The position numbers and the translations under genes are program-made. From NCBI GenBank assembly GCA_030758115.1, contig JANREX010000102.1, forward strand, positions 2,530 through 66,529: 64,000 nt of DNA. The letters run 5' to 3'. The DNA comes from Paracoccaceae bacterium (GTDB lineage: Bacteria > Pseudomonadota > Alphaproteobacteria > Rhodobacterales > Rhodobacteraceae). The notes below the pieces were generated by a model that saw only the letters and a list, made by a program, of their open reading frames with translations, had not been told where the DNA came from and searched no databases. Numbering within the stretch: the first letter of the stretch is position 1; every line of letters starts with the position of its first letter. Shown here one piece after another: positions 19,369 through 29,911 of the stretch.

Positions 19369-19766
19369 ATGCTTTCGAGATAGACCAGCAGCGCCGCAAG
19401 GGGGCGCGGGACCGGTGACATCTTGCCATCCTCCAGCACCACCGGCACGGTTTCGCCCTCCAGCAGCAGGCCGAATTCGGGCATATCCTCGTCCGGGGCC
19501 TGGCGCGTGTAGCCGTCGATCACGGACAGAACCCGTGTGCGCGGAAAGACATCACGCGCGCGGAAGGTGATGCGCGTCAGGTCGGGCGGCGCAGGATCCA
19601 GCTGACGCGCGATCAGGCCATCGCCGCGACCCGTCGCACCATGACAGACCGCGCAATTCTGCTCGAACAGAAGCTGGCCCTCGACCGGTTCGGGCATGTC
19701 GACCGTGGCACAGGCCACGATCAGGCCAAGCCCCCCGGCAGCAAGACCGCCTATCACCTTGTTCAT
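19359..19766 (-). CDS. c-type cytochrome lipoprotein (paralog 3 of 3)
   Basis: Lipobox LIVAC, haem motif CAVCHG, distal MPEFG Met ligand candidate. Its ATG overlaps the stop of the upstream paralog (ATGA). Confidence 0.8.
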   Translation of the reverse strand: MNKVIGGLAAGGLGLIVACATVDMPEPVEGQLLFEQNCAVCHGATGRGDGLIARQLDPAPPDLTRITFRARDVFPRTRVLSVIDGYTRQAPDEDMPEFGLLLEGETVPVVLEDGKMSPVPRPLAALLVYLESIQR

Positions 19767-20179
19767 TTCTGGATCTCCTGCAAATAGAGGACGAGATCGG
19801 CAACCGCCCGCCCCATCAGCACAGGTTGTCCCGAAGCGGTCTTCAATGCAACCTCGTCGCCCTGGAACAGGGGGCCGTAGACCGGCATCCCGCTGCCATG
19901 GCTGACCAGCGGATCGGATCCGTCGATCCGGCGCACCACCCGCAGCAGCGGAAAGGCACCGTCCGCAGTGGCGCTCAGGCCGGTCAGGTCGGTCGGCTGG
20001 ACCAGCAGGGCCGGTGCCATCGGACCCTTGCCGGTGCCGTCCAGCCCGTGGCAGGTGGCGCAATACCACTGATAGAGGGTCGCCCCCTCTGCCACATCCT
20101 GCGCGCGGCCGGGTATGGGCAACGCGCCGATCACAAGGCCAAGCAGGCCAGCGGTGAACGTCAGCCGTGTGGAACGCAT
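19763..20179 (-). CDS. c-type cytochrome (paralog 2 of 3)
   Basis: Signal peptide, CATCHG, MPVYG, conserved C-terminal LVLYLQEIQK. Confidence 0.8.
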   Translation of the reverse strand: MRSTRLTFTAGLLGLVIGALPIPGRAQDVAEGATLYQWYCATCHGLDGTGKGPMAPALLVQPTDLTGLSATADGAFPLLRVVRRIDGSDPLVSHGSGMPVYGPLFQGDEVALKTASGQPVLMGRAVADLVLYLQEIQK

Positions 20180-20207
20180 CGCAACTCTCCTTCCGCATGC
20201 GCAACGC

Positions 20208-20639
20208 TCAGGGGCGTTGCAGGCTCTCCAGATAGGTGACCACCTCGGCCAGCCTCACGGGCATCACCTCATCCTCCCCATCCGCGCGGGGAACGGCCAC
20301 ATCCGGGCCATCCAGCAGGGGGCTGAATTCGGGCATCAGGTCCGCCTCGTGCTTGCCGGAAAAGCCGTAGACCGTATCGGCCACCGCGCGCAGCGGAAAC
20401 ACCCCGCCGTTGCGTGCGGAAATCAACGTCAGATCGGGTGGCGGCACCTCGAGTTCGGGCGCGATCGGCCCATCCCCCAAGGCGCGGTTGCCGTGGCAGA
20501 TGGCGCAATAATCCTGGTAGGCGGCAGCCCCCGGCGATGGCGCGGGTTCAGGCGCGCAGGCCGCCAGCATCACGGCCGACGCCAGGGTCAACATCACTTG
20601 CCCGACAGGGCGGATCGATCGTGTCAAAGGATCGTGCAT
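20208..20639 (-). CDS. c-type cytochrome lipoprotein (paralog 1 of 3)
   Basis: Lipobox MLAAC, CAICHG, MPEFS, VVTYLESLQRP; GAGGGAGG Shine-Dalgarno sequence upstream. Confidence 0.8.
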   Translation of the reverse strand: MHDPLTRSIRPVGQVMLTLASAVMLAACAPEPAPSPGAAAYQDYCAICHGNRALGDGPIAPELEVPPPDLTLISARNGGVFPLRAVADTVYGFSGKHEADLMPEFSPLLDGPDVAVPRADGEDEVMPVRLAEVVTYLESLQRP

Positions 20640-20692
20640 TCTGGCCTCCCTCTGCCTTGGGTTGAGTGTGCGTCAAACCCGCGAGGGCCACA

Positions 20693-20706
20693 TTGATCTG
20701 GATCAT
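20693..20706. promoter_or_regulatory. FNR/CRP-family box candidate (TTGATCTGGATCAT)
   Basis: 9 of 10 match to TTGAT-N4-ATCAA, in the divergent region 54 nt upstream of the first cytochrome ATG and 45 nt upstream of the thioesterase ATG. Confidence 0.35.
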
Positions 20707-20750
20707 AGGTTGCAAATCCTGCGGGCCACGGCATTCTTCAGACAGGCAGG

Positions 20751-21191
20751 ATGAAAGGTCAGGGCATGTTCGGAAAAGACGAGGCGCAAGCCTTTTTGGC
20801 AAATGCCTTCGCCCCATGGGTACAGGCGCTTGACCTGACGGTCGAGGAGATCACCCCCGAAGGCCGCGCGGTGCTGTCCATGCCCATCACCGATGACATC
20901 GCCCGGATGGGCGGCATCGTCTGCGGCCAATCGCTGGCGACACTGGCCGATACCGCGATGGTCCTGTCGACAGCCGCGCATTTCGGGGCACCCCGCGATG
21001 TGGCGACCACCAATCTCGACACCCAGTTTCTGAGCGCCGGACGCGGCGCGCGCATCAGCTGCACCGCCCGCATCACCCGCGCAGGCCGTTCGCTGATCTT
21101 TGCCCAGGCCGATCTGATCGCCCTGCCCGATGGCAGACCCGTCGCAAGCGCTTCGGCCACCTTCTTTGTCCCCGAGAAAGCCGCCCGATGA
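20751..21191 (+). CDS. PaaI-family hotdog-fold thioesterase
   Basis: About 145 aa; GGIVCGQSLATLADTAM and the C-terminal pattern are typical of PaaI/YbgC-like thioesterases. Alternative ATG at 20766. Confidence 0.8.
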   Translation: MKGQGMFGKDEAQAFLANAFAPWVQALDLTVEEITPEGRAVLSMPITDDIARMGGIVCGQSLATLADTAMVLSTAAHFGAPRDVATTNLDTQFLSAGRGARISCTARITRAGRSLIFAQADLIALPDGRPVASASATFFVPEKAAR

Positions 21192-21255
21192 TGCAACCGG
21201 CCACCGCCCATGCCGTGACGATGCTGGCCTCCGGGCTTTTCCCGACACGGAAAGC

Positions 21256-21918
21256 CTAGCGGATCACCATGTCGCTGATCCAGGCGCGGATCGCGGTTTC
21301 GGTGTCGTCGCTGTCGGCCGAGACGGCGATACCCACAAGCGCCTGAGGCGCGCCGCCGAAGCTGCGGGCGTAATCCGCCGCCAGATCGACTGCTTCGGCA
21401 TGCGTGCCGGTGCCTGCGCCCCGCAGGATCAAGGACTTGCCGCGCGCGTCCAGATAGGGGCTGTCCAACACCTCGCCGCGCCGGTGATCGCCACCCCAGA
21501 CATAGACCAGCATCTTGGCGTTGCGATTGCCCAGCAGGCTGCGCAGCCGCGGATTGGGCCCGGCACGGCGGGCCGATGCCTCATCCATGAAGACGAAATA
21601 GATCGAGATGTTGCGATCGTCCCCGCCCTTGCGGCGCAGGTCGGTGGGGGGCACGGATTGCTCGACCGCCCAGCGCCAGCTGGCCGCCCGCGCGGACCAG
21701 CGGCTTTCGGGCAGCGCGGTATAAAGCACCGACACCGCCTGATCCGACAGGATATCAAGCCGATTGCCCAGCGCGCCATAGCTGTTCGCGCTTAGCCGCG
21801 GAAAGCTCTGCTCGCGCCAATCCGGGGTGAAGGGCAAGGGATCGGCACGCAGGGCTGTCCCCGACAGGGAAAGGCTTGCGGCAAGGGCAAGCAGGGAAAG
21901 GCGAAAGACAACTGGCAT
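21256..21918 (-). CDS. DUF3047 domain protein, secreted
   Basis: Signal peptide; W..W and KGGDDRNISIYFVF motifs as remembered for DUF3047. Confidence 0.6.
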   Translation of the reverse strand: MPVVFRLSLLALAASLSLSGTALRADPLPFTPDWREQSFPRLSANSYGALGNRLDILSDQAVSVLYTALPESRWSARAASWRWAVEQSVPPTDLRRKGGDDRNISIYFVFMDEASARRAGPNPRLRSLLGNRNAKMLVYVWGGDHRRGEVLDSPYLDARGKSLILRGAGTGTHAEAVDLAADYARSFGGAPQALVGIAVSADSDDTETAIRAWISDMVIR

Positions 21919-22021
21919 GGCATGTTCCTCGATGGGCTTGGCCGGACCCTAGCGCAGACCGCGATCACCTGCGCGACACGTCTGCGTGACCCCGGGGATG
22001 ACCACCAGCGCGCCGATCCGC

Positions 22022-22708
22022 CTAAAGCCCTTCGGTCAGATGCCCCTTGTCCAGCCGCAGCACACGGTCCATGCGCCCGGCCAGGTCAAGGTTATGCGTC
22101 GCGATCAACGCCGAAAGCCCGGTGCTGCGCACCAGGTCCATGAGGGTGCCGAAGACCTGGTCCGATGTGTCCGGATCAAGGTTGCCAGTGGGCTCATCCG
22201 CCAGCAGCAATCGCGGGCCATTGGCCAGCGCCCGGCAGAAGGCCACGCGCTGCTGCTCGCCCCCCGACAGGGCGGCGGGGCGATGGTCGGCGCGCGCGGC
22301 GATGCCCACGCGCGTCAGCAGGTCATGGGCGCGGCTGCGTGCCTCGTGTCGCGGCACGCCATTGGCAAGCTGGGGCAGCACGATATTCTCTACGGCCGAG
22401 AATTCGGGCAGCAGATGATGAAACTGGTAGATGAAACCCACATCGGCCCGCCTGACCGCGGTCCGGCGACGGTCCGACAGGCCCACCATCTCGGCCCCGC
22501 CGATCCGCACCGACCCCGCATCGGGCGTATCCAGCAGCCCCGCGATATGCAGAAGCGTGGACTTGCCCGCGCCCGAGGGCGCGACCAGCGCCACGACCTC
22601 GCCGCGCGCGAGGGTCAGATCGACCCCTTGAAGAACCTGCACGGCATTGGGCTTGCCCCGGTTATAGGTCTTTTCCACGCCATCAAGCGCCAGCACCACC
22701 TCACTCAT
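22022..22708 (-). CDS. lolD: Lipoprotein-releasing ABC transporter ATP-binding protein LolD
   Basis: Walker [10 protein letters not shown], signature [10 protein letters not shown], Walker [13 protein letters not shown]. It overlaps the upstream permease gene by 8 nt. Confidence 0.9.
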   Translation of the reverse strand: MSEVVLALDGVEKTYNRGKPNAVQVLQGVDLTLARGEVVALVAPSGAGKSTLLHIAGLLDTPDAGSVRIGGAEMVGLSDRRRTAVRRADVGFIYQFHHLLPEFSAVENIVLPQLANGVPRHEARSRAHDLLTRVGIAARADHRPAALSGGEQQRVAFCRALANGPRLLLADEPTGNLDPDTSDQVFGTLMDLVRSTGLSALIATHNLDLAGRMDRVLRLDKGHLTEGL

Positions 22709-24014
22709 AGCGCAGCGCCTCGACCGGGTTCATCCGCGCGGCGCGCCGTGCGGGAAAGATCGTGACCACGAAGGACAGCCCCAGCGACAGCGCCACGGCG
22801 GACAGCACATCGCCCAGTTGCAGCTTGGCCGGCAAGGCATAGATGCCGCGCACCGAAGGGTCCCAGACCCCGCCGCCCGCCACATAGTTCACGAAGGAAA
22901 AGATCGGGTCGATATAGATCGCGAAAAGACATCCCAGGATGACCCCGGCCGCCGTGCCGATGATGCCGGTGAAGGCCCCGCAGATGAAGAAGACCCGCAG
23001 CACCGCACCTTCGGTCAGGCCCATGGTGCGCAGGATGCCGATATCGCGGCCCTTGTTCTTGACCAGCATGATCAGCCCCGAGACGATGTTCATCGCCGCG
23101 ATCAGCACCAGGATCGACAGGATCACGAACATCACGTTGTCCTCGATATCCAGCGCGCGCAGAAAGCCCCCGCTGGCATCGCGCCAGGTCCAGACCTGGG
23201 CGCGCGGCCCCGCCGCCTCCAGCAAGGCGATCTCCAGCGCCTCGATCCGCTCGGGGGCTGCGACCATCACCTCGATCTCGTCTGCCGTGCCCTCGCGGTT
23301 GAAATAGCTCTGCGCCTCGGCAAAGGGCAGATAGACACGGGTGCGGTCGATGTCCCAGCGCCCGGCGGTGAAGACATAGACCACCTCATAGGCCTTGACC
23401 CTGGGGCTGGTGCCGAAGGCGGTCTTGACCCCATCCGGCGAGATCAGCCTGATCCGGTCGCCCAGCCCGATCCCCAATTCGCGCGCCACGCCCGAGCCGA
23501 TGGCGATCCCCTCGTCGAAGCGGCCCAGGTCGCCCTGCGCCTGGGCGCCCTCGCCGCCGACACGCGGAATGCCCCGCAGATCCTCGGCCGCGATGCCGAA
23601 CACCTCGATCCCCGCATTGCGCCCGCCGGCATTGGCCATGACCTGCCCCTTGATCAGCGGGGCGGTGCGGGTGACACCGGGCACAGCGCGCAGGGCGGCG
23701 GCCATCGCCTCGTAATCCGTCAGGCTGCGGTCGATGCGCCCCGATACCGGATCGATCCGCCCGGCCTCGTAAACCGTGACATGGGCATTGGCGCCCAGGA
23801 TCGTATCGACGAATTCCGCCCGAAAGCCCGAGCGCACGGCCAGCGTTGCGATCAGCGCGAAAACGGCCAGCGTAATGCCGATCAGGCTGATCCATGTCAT
23901 CACCGACACGCCACCTTCGGCGCGCCGCGCGCGCAGATAGCGCCAGGCGATCATCCACTCGAATCCCGCGAAAGGCGGCGTCGTTCCTGCCATCGGCTGC
24001 TCCCTACCTGCCAT
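22701..24014 (-). CDS. lolC: Lipoprotein-releasing ABC transporter permease LolC/LolE
   Basis: MacB/FtsX-type topology with a large periplasmic loop, C-terminal [18 protein letters not shown]; paired with lolD. Confidence 0.9.
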   Translation of the reverse strand: MAGREQPMAGTTPPFAGFEWMIAWRYLRARRAEGGVSVMTWISLIGITLAVFALIATLAVRSGFRAEFVDTILGANAHVTVYEAGRIDPVSGRIDRSLTDYEAMAAALRAVPGVTRTAPLIKGQVMANAGGRNAGIEVFGIAAEDLRGIPRVGGEGAQAQGDLGRFDEGIAIGSGVARELGIGLGDRIRLISPDGVKTAFGTSPRVKAYEVVYVFTAGRWDIDRTRVYLPFAEAQSYFNREGTADEIEVMVAAPERIEALEIALLEAAGPRAQVWTWRDASGGFLRALDIEDNVMFVILSILVLIAAMNIVSGLIMLVKNKGRDIGILRTMGLTEGAVLRVFFICGAFTGIIGTAAGVILGCLFAIYIDPIFSFVNYVAGGGVWDPSVRGIYALPAKLQLGDVLSAVALSLGLSFVVTIFPARRAARMNPVEALRYE

Positions 24015-24073
24015 GCAACCTGTGCGGCGCTGTGGCCAAGGTCAAGACGCGCGGCGCAGATCACTGCCACCGC

Positions 24074-24108
24074 GCGCCGTTTCTTCTTGCCTCAAATATC
24101 CACGGCGC
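24074..24108 (-). repeat. Intergenic repeat, copy C (core in the loop of a 7-bp stem)
   Basis: + strand GCGCCGT-TTCTTCTTGCCTCAAATATCC-ACGGCGC. Sense (minus) core GGATATTTGAGGCAAGAAGAA starts 31 nt after the proS stop. Confidence 0.7.
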
Positions 24109-24131
24109 AACAGCAGCCCCGGACAATCCGG

Positions 24132-25463
24132 TCAGGCATAGATCGCCTTGATCCGCGCGATTGCCGCCTCGGGCGTCAGTTCCTCGCTGTCGCCCGTCCG
24201 GCGCGAGGTCAACTCGACCACACCCGCCGCCAGGCCGCGCGGGCCGACGGTGATGCGCCATGGCAGGCCGATCAGGTCCATCGTGGCGAATTTCGCGCCC
24301 GCGCGTTCGTCGCGGTCGTCATAAAGCGGCTCCAGACCGGCATCCGTCAGCGCCTTGTAAAGCCCTTCGCAAGCGGCATCGGCCGCGGCATCGCCCTGCT
24401 TGAGGTTCACGATCCCGCAATGATAGGGCGTCACGCCCTCGGGCCAGATGATGCCCTTGTCGTCATGGCTCGCCTCGATGATCGCGCCGACCAGGCGGCT
24501 GACACCGATCCCGTGGCTGCCCATATGCACCGGCACCTTGGCGCCATCCGCGGTCTGCACCGTGGCGCCCATGGCTTCGGAATACTTGGTGCCGAAATAG
24601 AAGATCTGCCCCACCTCGATCCCGCGCGCCGTGCGGCGGCGCTCTTCGGGGATCTGGTTGAAGATCGCCTCGTCATGGGTCTCGTCGGTGCGGGCGTAAC
24701 GGCTGGTGAATTCCTCCAGAACGGCACGGCACTGATCGACACTGTCGTAGTCGATCTCGCGATCGCCGAACTTCAGATCGGTGATCTGGCTGTCATAGAA
24801 GACCTCGGATTCGCCGGTTTCGGCCAGCACCAGGAATTCATGCGTGTCATCCCCGCCGATGGGGCCGCTGTCGGCGCGCATCGGGATCGCCTGAAGGCCC
24901 ATACGCTCGTAGGTGCGCAGATAGCTGACCAGGTGGCGGTTATAGGCATGCAGCGCCGCGTCCTTGTCCACGTCGAAGTTGTAGCCGTCCTTCATCAGGA
25001 ATTCGCGGCCGCGCATCACGCCGAAACGGGGGCGCATCTCGTCGCGGAATTTCCACTGGATATGATAGAGCGTCAGCGGCAGGTCCTTGTAGCTGCCCAC
25101 ATGGGCACGGAAGATGTCGGTGATCATCTCCTCGTTGGTGGGACCATAGAGCATGTCACGGTCCTGCCGGTCGGTGATGCGCAGCATCTCCTGGCCGTAA
25201 TCGTCGTAGCGCCCGCTTTCGCGCCACAGGTCCGCCGGCTGCAGCGTCGGCATCAGCATCGGGATATGGCCTGCGCGAACCTGCTCTTCGTGCACGATCT
25301 GCTCGATCCGGCGCAGCACCTTGAAGCCCAGCGGCAGCCAGGAATAGATCCCGGCCGAACTTTGCTTGATCATCCCTGCCCGCAGCATCAGCCGGTGGCT
25401 GACAATCTGCGCTTCGGCGGGATTTTCTTTCAGAACAGGCAGGAAGTAGCGCGTCAGACGCAT
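24132..25463 (-). CDS. proS: Prolyl-tRNA synthetase (short alphaproteobacterial type)
   Basis: Class II aaRS motifs and a ProRS-specific N-terminus ([32 protein letters not shown]); 443 aa, without the bacterial insertion domain. Confidence 0.95.
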   Translation of the reverse strand: MRLTRYFLPVLKENPAEAQIVSHRLMLRAGMIKQSSAGIYSWLPLGFKVLRRIEQIVHEEQVRAGHIPMLMPTLQPADLWRESGRYDDYGQEMLRITDRQDRDMLYGPTNEEMITDIFRAHVGSYKDLPLTLYHIQWKFRDEMRPRFGVMRGREFLMKDGYNFDVDKDAALHAYNRHLVSYLRTYERMGLQAIPMRADSGPIGGDDTHEFLVLAETGESEVFYDSQITDLKFGDREIDYDSVDQCRAVLEEFTSRYARTDETHDEAIFNQIPEERRRTARGIEVGQIFYFGTKYSEAMGATVQTADGAKVPVHMGSHGIGVSRLVGAIIEASHDDKGIIWPEGVTPYHCGIVNLKQGDAAADAACEGLYKALTDAGLEPLYDDRDERAGAKFATMDLIGLPWRITVGPRGLAAGVVELTSRRTGDSEELTPEAAIARIKAIYA

Positions 25464-25868
25464 GATGGGCCCCTCGGGTTTGGCGTTTGCGTCGGTTTAG
25501 GGCAGAGGGGCGGATCAGGCAAGCGCGATGGGACAGGTTCAGGCGGAGCGGCGATCACGACGCCGTGGCCGAATGCGGATCGCGGTGCCACCAAACAATC
25601 AGTAGCACCGCGTGTTCGCAACCAGGAACCGACAACCTTTTTCAAGGTGTATCGGGTCAGAACCAGCACACACCATACATGCATACCAGATGCGGCATTG
25701 CTGACCTTTGGTATAGTATGGAATTCCATACCATCCCCTTCGGTCAAGCAGGGCCGCGATCCGATCGGATCGCGCCCTTTGCCCTGTTCAAAGCCCGGAT
25801 CCGGCAAGGACGGGTCTTGAATTGCAACCCGCGACGCGCGACATAGATCGCAATCGCAAGGAGTGCGC

Positions 25869-26936
25869 ATGGCCCTGCCTGTCAAACATCAGATCCGTTA
25901 CTGGGGCATCGCCACGGCGGCCTTCCTTGTCATTCTGTGGTTTCTCGGAGACGTGATCCTGCCCTTCGTTCTGGGCGGCGCCATTGCCTATTTCCTTGAT
26001 CCCATCGCCGACAGGCTGGAACGCCTTGGGGCATCGCGGGCGGTGGCGACCACCGTCATCACGCTGAGCGCGGTGCTGGTCTTTGTGTTGATGGCATTGC
26101 TGGTGGTGCCGCTTCTGGTGCAGCAGGCCGTCTCGCTGTTCGAGACAGCGCCAAAGCTGTTCCAGGACCTGCAAGCCTTTCTGACCGTCAAGTTCCCTTC
26201 GATCGTGGATCAGGAGTCGGTGCTGCGCCAGTCGCTGATCTCGGTCGGCGAGACGATCCGGGAACGGGGTGGCGAATTGCTGAACACGGTGCTGACCTCG
26301 GTCAACTCGCTGGTGGGCATTGTCCTTCTGTTCGTGATCGTGCCGGTGGTGGCCTTCTACCTGCTCTATGACTGGGACAACATGGTCGCGCGGGTGGACG
26401 ACCTGCTGCCGCGCGATCATGCCCCCACGATCCGCATGCTTGCAGCCGAGATCGACCAGACGCTGGCCAGCTTCATTCGCGGCATGGGCACGGTCAGCCT
26501 GATCCTGGGCACCTATTATGCCGTGGCGCTGATGCTGGTGGGGCTGCAATTCGGCTTGATCGTCGGCGCGCTGGCGGGGCTTGTGACCTTCATTCCCTAT
26601 GTCGGCGCTCTGGTCGGCGGGGCGCTGGCCATCGGCCTTGCGCTGTTCCAGTTCTGGGGCGACTGGGTGTCGATCGGACTGGTGGCGGGTATTTTCGTTC
26701 TGGGGCAAGTGGTTGAAGGCAATGTCCTGACCCCGCGCCTGGTCGGCAGTTCGGTCGGCCTGCACCCGGTCTGGCTGATCTTCGCCCTGTCGGTCTTCGG
26801 TTCGCTTTTCGGCTTTGTCGGCATGCTGGTGGCGGTGCCGGTTGCCGCGGTCATCGGCGTCGTCGCCCGTTTCGGGATCGGCGGCTACAAGCGCAGCCTG
26901 CTCTATCGCGGCATCGACCTGAACAGGGACGAGTGA
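25869..26936 (+). CDS. AI-2E family transporter (PerM-like permease)
   Basis: Polytopic protein with GQVVEGNVLTPRLVG motif. AAGGAG Shine-Dalgarno sequence 6 nt before ATG 25869; the listed ORF starts at GTG 25863. Confidence 0.85.
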   Translation: MALPVKHQIRYWGIATAAFLVILWFLGDVILPFVLGGAIAYFLDPIADRLERLGASRAVATTVITLSAVLVFVLMALLVVPLLVQQAVSLFETAPKLFQDLQAFLTVKFPSIVDQESVLRQSLISVGETIRERGGELLNTVLTSVNSLVGIVLLFVIVPVVAFYLLYDWDNMVARVDDLLPRDHAPTIRMLAAEIDQTLASFIRGMGTVSLILGTYYAVALMLVGLQFGLIVGALAGLVTFIPYVGALVGGALAIGLALFQFWGDWVSIGLVAGIFVLGQVVEGNVLTPRLVGSSVGLHPVWLIFALSVFGSLFGFVGMLVAVPVAAVIGVVARFGIGGYKRSLLYRGIDLNRDE

Positions 26937-27652
26937 TGCATCGCCAGCTCAGCTTCGACCTGCCCGTGCGCGCCGCGCAGGGGCGCGAGGATTTCTTCGT
27001 GGCGCCCGCCAATGCCATGGCCGTCGCCCTGATCGAGGGCTGGCAGAACTGGCCGGGGCGCAAACTGGTGCTGGAGGGCCCCAAGGGATCGGGCAAGACG
27101 CATCTTGCGCATGTCTGGGCCGAGGCCTCTGGCGCAAGCATCATCCAGGCCACCGCCCTGCCAGATGCCGACATCCCGGCCCTGGCGCGCGGGCATGTCG
27201 CGATCGAGGATGTCGCCCTGATCGCGGGCGACAGTGCCGCAGAGAACGCGATGTTCCACCTGCACAACCTTGTCCTGGCCGAAGGCCATGCCCTGCTGAT
27301 GACAGCGGATCGGCCCGCGGCGCGCTGGGGGCTGGCCCTGCCCGATCTGGCCAGCCGCATGCAGGGCACCACCGCGACCCGGCTGGAGGCGCCTGACGAT
27401 CGGCTTCTGTCAGCCCTTCTGGCAAAGCTCTTCGCCGATCGCCAGCTGGTGCCGACCCCGGACACGATCCCCTACCTTGTCACGCATATGAACCGCGCCT
27501 TCGACAGCGCACAGGCGCTGGTCGCGGCGATGGATGCGGCCGCGCTGGACCAGGGCCGCCCGCTCAACCGCAAATTGGCGGCCGAGGTGCTGGAACAGGT
27601 CATGCAACCGGGCCTGCTGGACAATTCGCCCGACCAAGGGCAGCATCGGTAA
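26936..27652 (+). CDS. hdaA: DnaA regulatory inactivator HdaA
   Basis: About 238 aa, starts [10 protein letters not shown], DnaA-like P-loop [17 protein letters not shown]. Its ATG overlaps the upstream stop (TGATG). Confidence 0.8.
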   Translation: MHRQLSFDLPVRAAQGREDFFVAPANAMAVALIEGWQNWPGRKLVLEGPKGSGKTHLAHVWAEASGASIIQATALPDADIPALARGHVAIEDVALIAGDSAAENAMFHLHNLVLAEGHALLMTADRPAARWGLALPDLASRMQGTTATRLEAPDDRLLSALLAKLFADRQLVPTPDTIPYLVTHMNRAFDSAQALVAAMDAAALDQGRPLNRKLAAEVLEQVMQPGLLDNSPDQGQHR

Positions 27653-27686
27653 TCAAACCGTCACAATCAGGCAGCATAAGCCGCTC

Positions 27687-29861
27687 ATGACACATGCAGA
27701 TTTCCTCACGGCGCCATTCGACCCCCCGGTCACGATCCAGGATCTGGACCTGACCGGGCCGGGCCGCTTCTACAATCGCGAACTCAGCTGGCTGGGCTTC
27801 AACTGGCGCGTGCTGGAAGAGGCGGAAAACCCCCGCGTGCCGTTGCTGGAGCGGCTGCGCTTTCTGTCGATCTCGGCCACCAACCTTGACGAATTCTACA
27901 CCGTCCGCGTCGCGGGCCTGCGCGAATTGGCCCATGCCGGCAATACCACACCGGCCGCGGACGGGCTGACACCGGCCGAACAGCTGGTGCTGATCAACGA
28001 GGATGCGCGCCACCTGATGCAGCGCCAGCAATCCGTCTTCGACGAATTGCGCCGCCAGATGGAGGCGGAGCGGATCACCATCCTGAACCGCGACACCCTG
28101 TCGGACGAGGATCGCACCGCGCTCGAGGCGATCTTTCTGGACAAGGTCTTTCCGGTGCTGTCACCGCTGGCGATCGATCCGGCGCATCCCTTTCCCTTCA
28201 TTCCGAACACCGGCTTCAGCCTTGCCCTGAACCTTCAACGCCGCCGCGACAAGCGCGCCCTGCGCGCGCTGCTGCCGATCCCGGCGCAGATCGCGCGCTT
28301 CGTGCCCCTGCCCGCACCCGATGGCGCGCATCGCTTCCTGCCGCTGGAAGACGTGCTGCTGCTGCATGTGGACAGCCTTTTTCCCGGCTATGACCTGAAA
28401 GGCCATTGCGCCTTCCGTGTCCTGCGCGACAGCGATCTGGAAGTCGAGGAAGAAGCCGAAGACCTTGTGCGCGAGTTCGAAACCGCCCTGAAACGCCGCC
28501 GCCGCGGCGAGGTGGTGCGCATGAAGATCACCGCCGGCGCCCCCGAGATGCTGCGGACAATCATCATGGAAGAGCTGCATGTCGATGCCGACGAGGTGGT
28601 CGAGGTCGATGGCATGATCGGCATCGCCGATGTCAAGGAACTGGTGCTGGACGCGCGGCCCGATCTTCTGTGGCCCAACTTTACCCCGCGCGTGCCCGAA
28701 CGGGTGCAGGACCATGACGGCGACATGTTCGCGGCCATGCGCCAGAAGGACATGCTGCTGCATCACCCCTACGAGACCTTCGACATGGTGGTGCGTTTTC
28801 TGCAGCAGGCCGCGCGCGATCCGGATGTGGTCGCGATCAAGCAGACGCTCTACCGCACCTCGCGCAACTCGCCCATCGTCGAGGCGCTGTGCGAAGCGGC
28901 AGAGGATGGCAAATCCGTCACCGCACTGGTCGAACTCAAGGCCCGGTTCGACGAAGCCGCCAACATCCGCCAGTCCCGCCGCCTGGAACGCGCGGGCGCG
29001 CATGTCGTCTACGGCTTCATCGATCTGAAAACGCACGCGAAAATAAGCACCGTCGTGCGCCGCGAGGGTGACAGCCTGGTCACCTATACCCATTACGGCA
29101 CCGGCAACTACCACCCGATCACCGCGCGCATCTACACCGATCTGTCGCTGTTCACCTGCGATCCGAAACTGGGACGGGATGCCACCAAGGTCTTCAACTA
29201 CCTGTCGGGCTATGCCCAGCCCGAACGGCTGGACAATCTTGCGATCTCGCCCATCAGCCTCAAGCCGCGCCTGCTCGAGATGATCGCGGCCGAGATCGAA
29301 CACGCCAAAGAAGGCCGCCCGGCCGAGATCTGGGCCAAGATGAACGCGCTGATCGACCCCGAGGTGATCGACGCGCTTTACGCGGCCTCGCAGGGGGGCG
29401 TGAAGATCAGCCTGGTGATCCGCGGCATCTGCGGGCTGCGCCCCGGCATCAAGGGCCTGTCGGAAAACATCCGCGTCAAATCCATCATCGGGCGTTTCCT
29501 GGAACATTCGCGCATCGTCTGTTTCGGCAACGGGCATGGGCTGCCCTCGAAAAAGGCGCGGGTCTATATCAGCTCGGCCGACTGGATGGGCCGCAACCTG
29601 AACCGCCGGGTGGAAACCCTGGTCGAGATCGAGAACCCGACCGTCAAGGCGCAGATCGTCAGCCAGATCATGGCGGCCAACATGGCCGATGTGGCGCAAA
29701 GCTGGGTGATGCTGCCGGATGGGCATTTCAAACGCGCCGAGGTGCCCGAGGGAGAGTTCGCCTTCAACTGTCACCGCTTCTTCATGGAAAACCCCTCGCT
29801 CTCGGGCCGCGGCTCTGCCGGCGCGGGTGACGTACCGAAACTCACCCACACGGATTATTGA
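27687..29861 (+). CDS. ppk: Polyphosphate kinase 1
   Basis: [20 protein letters not shown]-terminus and PLD-like C domains; about 725 aa from ATG 27687. The upstream part of the listed ORF overlaps hdaA. Confidence 0.95.
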   Translation: MTHADFLTAPFDPPVTIQDLDLTGPGRFYNRELSWLGFNWRVLEEAENPRVPLLERLRFLSISATNLDEFYTVRVAGLRELAHAGNTTPAADGLTPAEQLVLINEDARHLMQRQQSVFDELRRQMEAERITILNRDTLSDEDRTALEAIFLDKVFPVLSPLAIDPAHPFPFIPNTGFSLALNLQRRRDKRALRALLPIPAQIARFVPLPAPDGAHRFLPLEDVLLLHVDSLFPGYDLKGHCAFRVLRDSDLEVEEEAEDLVREFETALKRRRRGEVVRMKITAGAPEMLRTIIMEELHVDADEVVEVDGMIGIADVKELVLDARPDLLWPNFTPRVPERVQDHDGDMFAAMRQKDMLLHHPYETFDMVVRFLQQAARDPDVVAIKQTLYRTSRNSPIVEALCEAAEDGKSVTALVELKARFDEAANIRQSRRLERAGAHVVYGFIDLKTHAKISTVVRREGDSLVTYTHYGTGNYHPITARIYTDLSLFTCDPKLGRDATKVFNYLSGYAQPERLDNLAISPISLKPRLLEMIAAEIEHAKEGRPAEIWAKMNALIDPEVIDALYAASQGGVKISLVIRGICGLRPGIKGLSENIRVKSIIGRFLEHSRIVCFGNGHGLPSKKARVYISSADWMGRNLNRRVETLVEIENPTVKAQIVSQIMAANMADVAQSWVMLPDGHFKRAEVPEGEFAFNCHRFFMENPSLSGRGSAGAGDVPKLTHTDY

Positions 29862-29911
29862 CCTTGCCGCCCGTTCCGGCGCATTTAGGGGACGGACCAA
29901 GGAAAGACGGC

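Noticed and set aside
22818-25820. 1000-aa ORF on the + strand
   Set aside because: It runs antisense to lolC and proS, which have clear family motifs. The translation is Arg/Gly/Pro/Ala-rich low-complexity sequence typical of antisense frames in high-GC DNA.
25454-25885. 143-aa (-) and 119-aa (+) ORFs in the proS / AI-2E spacer
   Set aside because: They overlap each other, run through two perfect palindromes and low-GC DNA, and lack an SD sequence or any motif. The region is treated as regulatory or non-coding.
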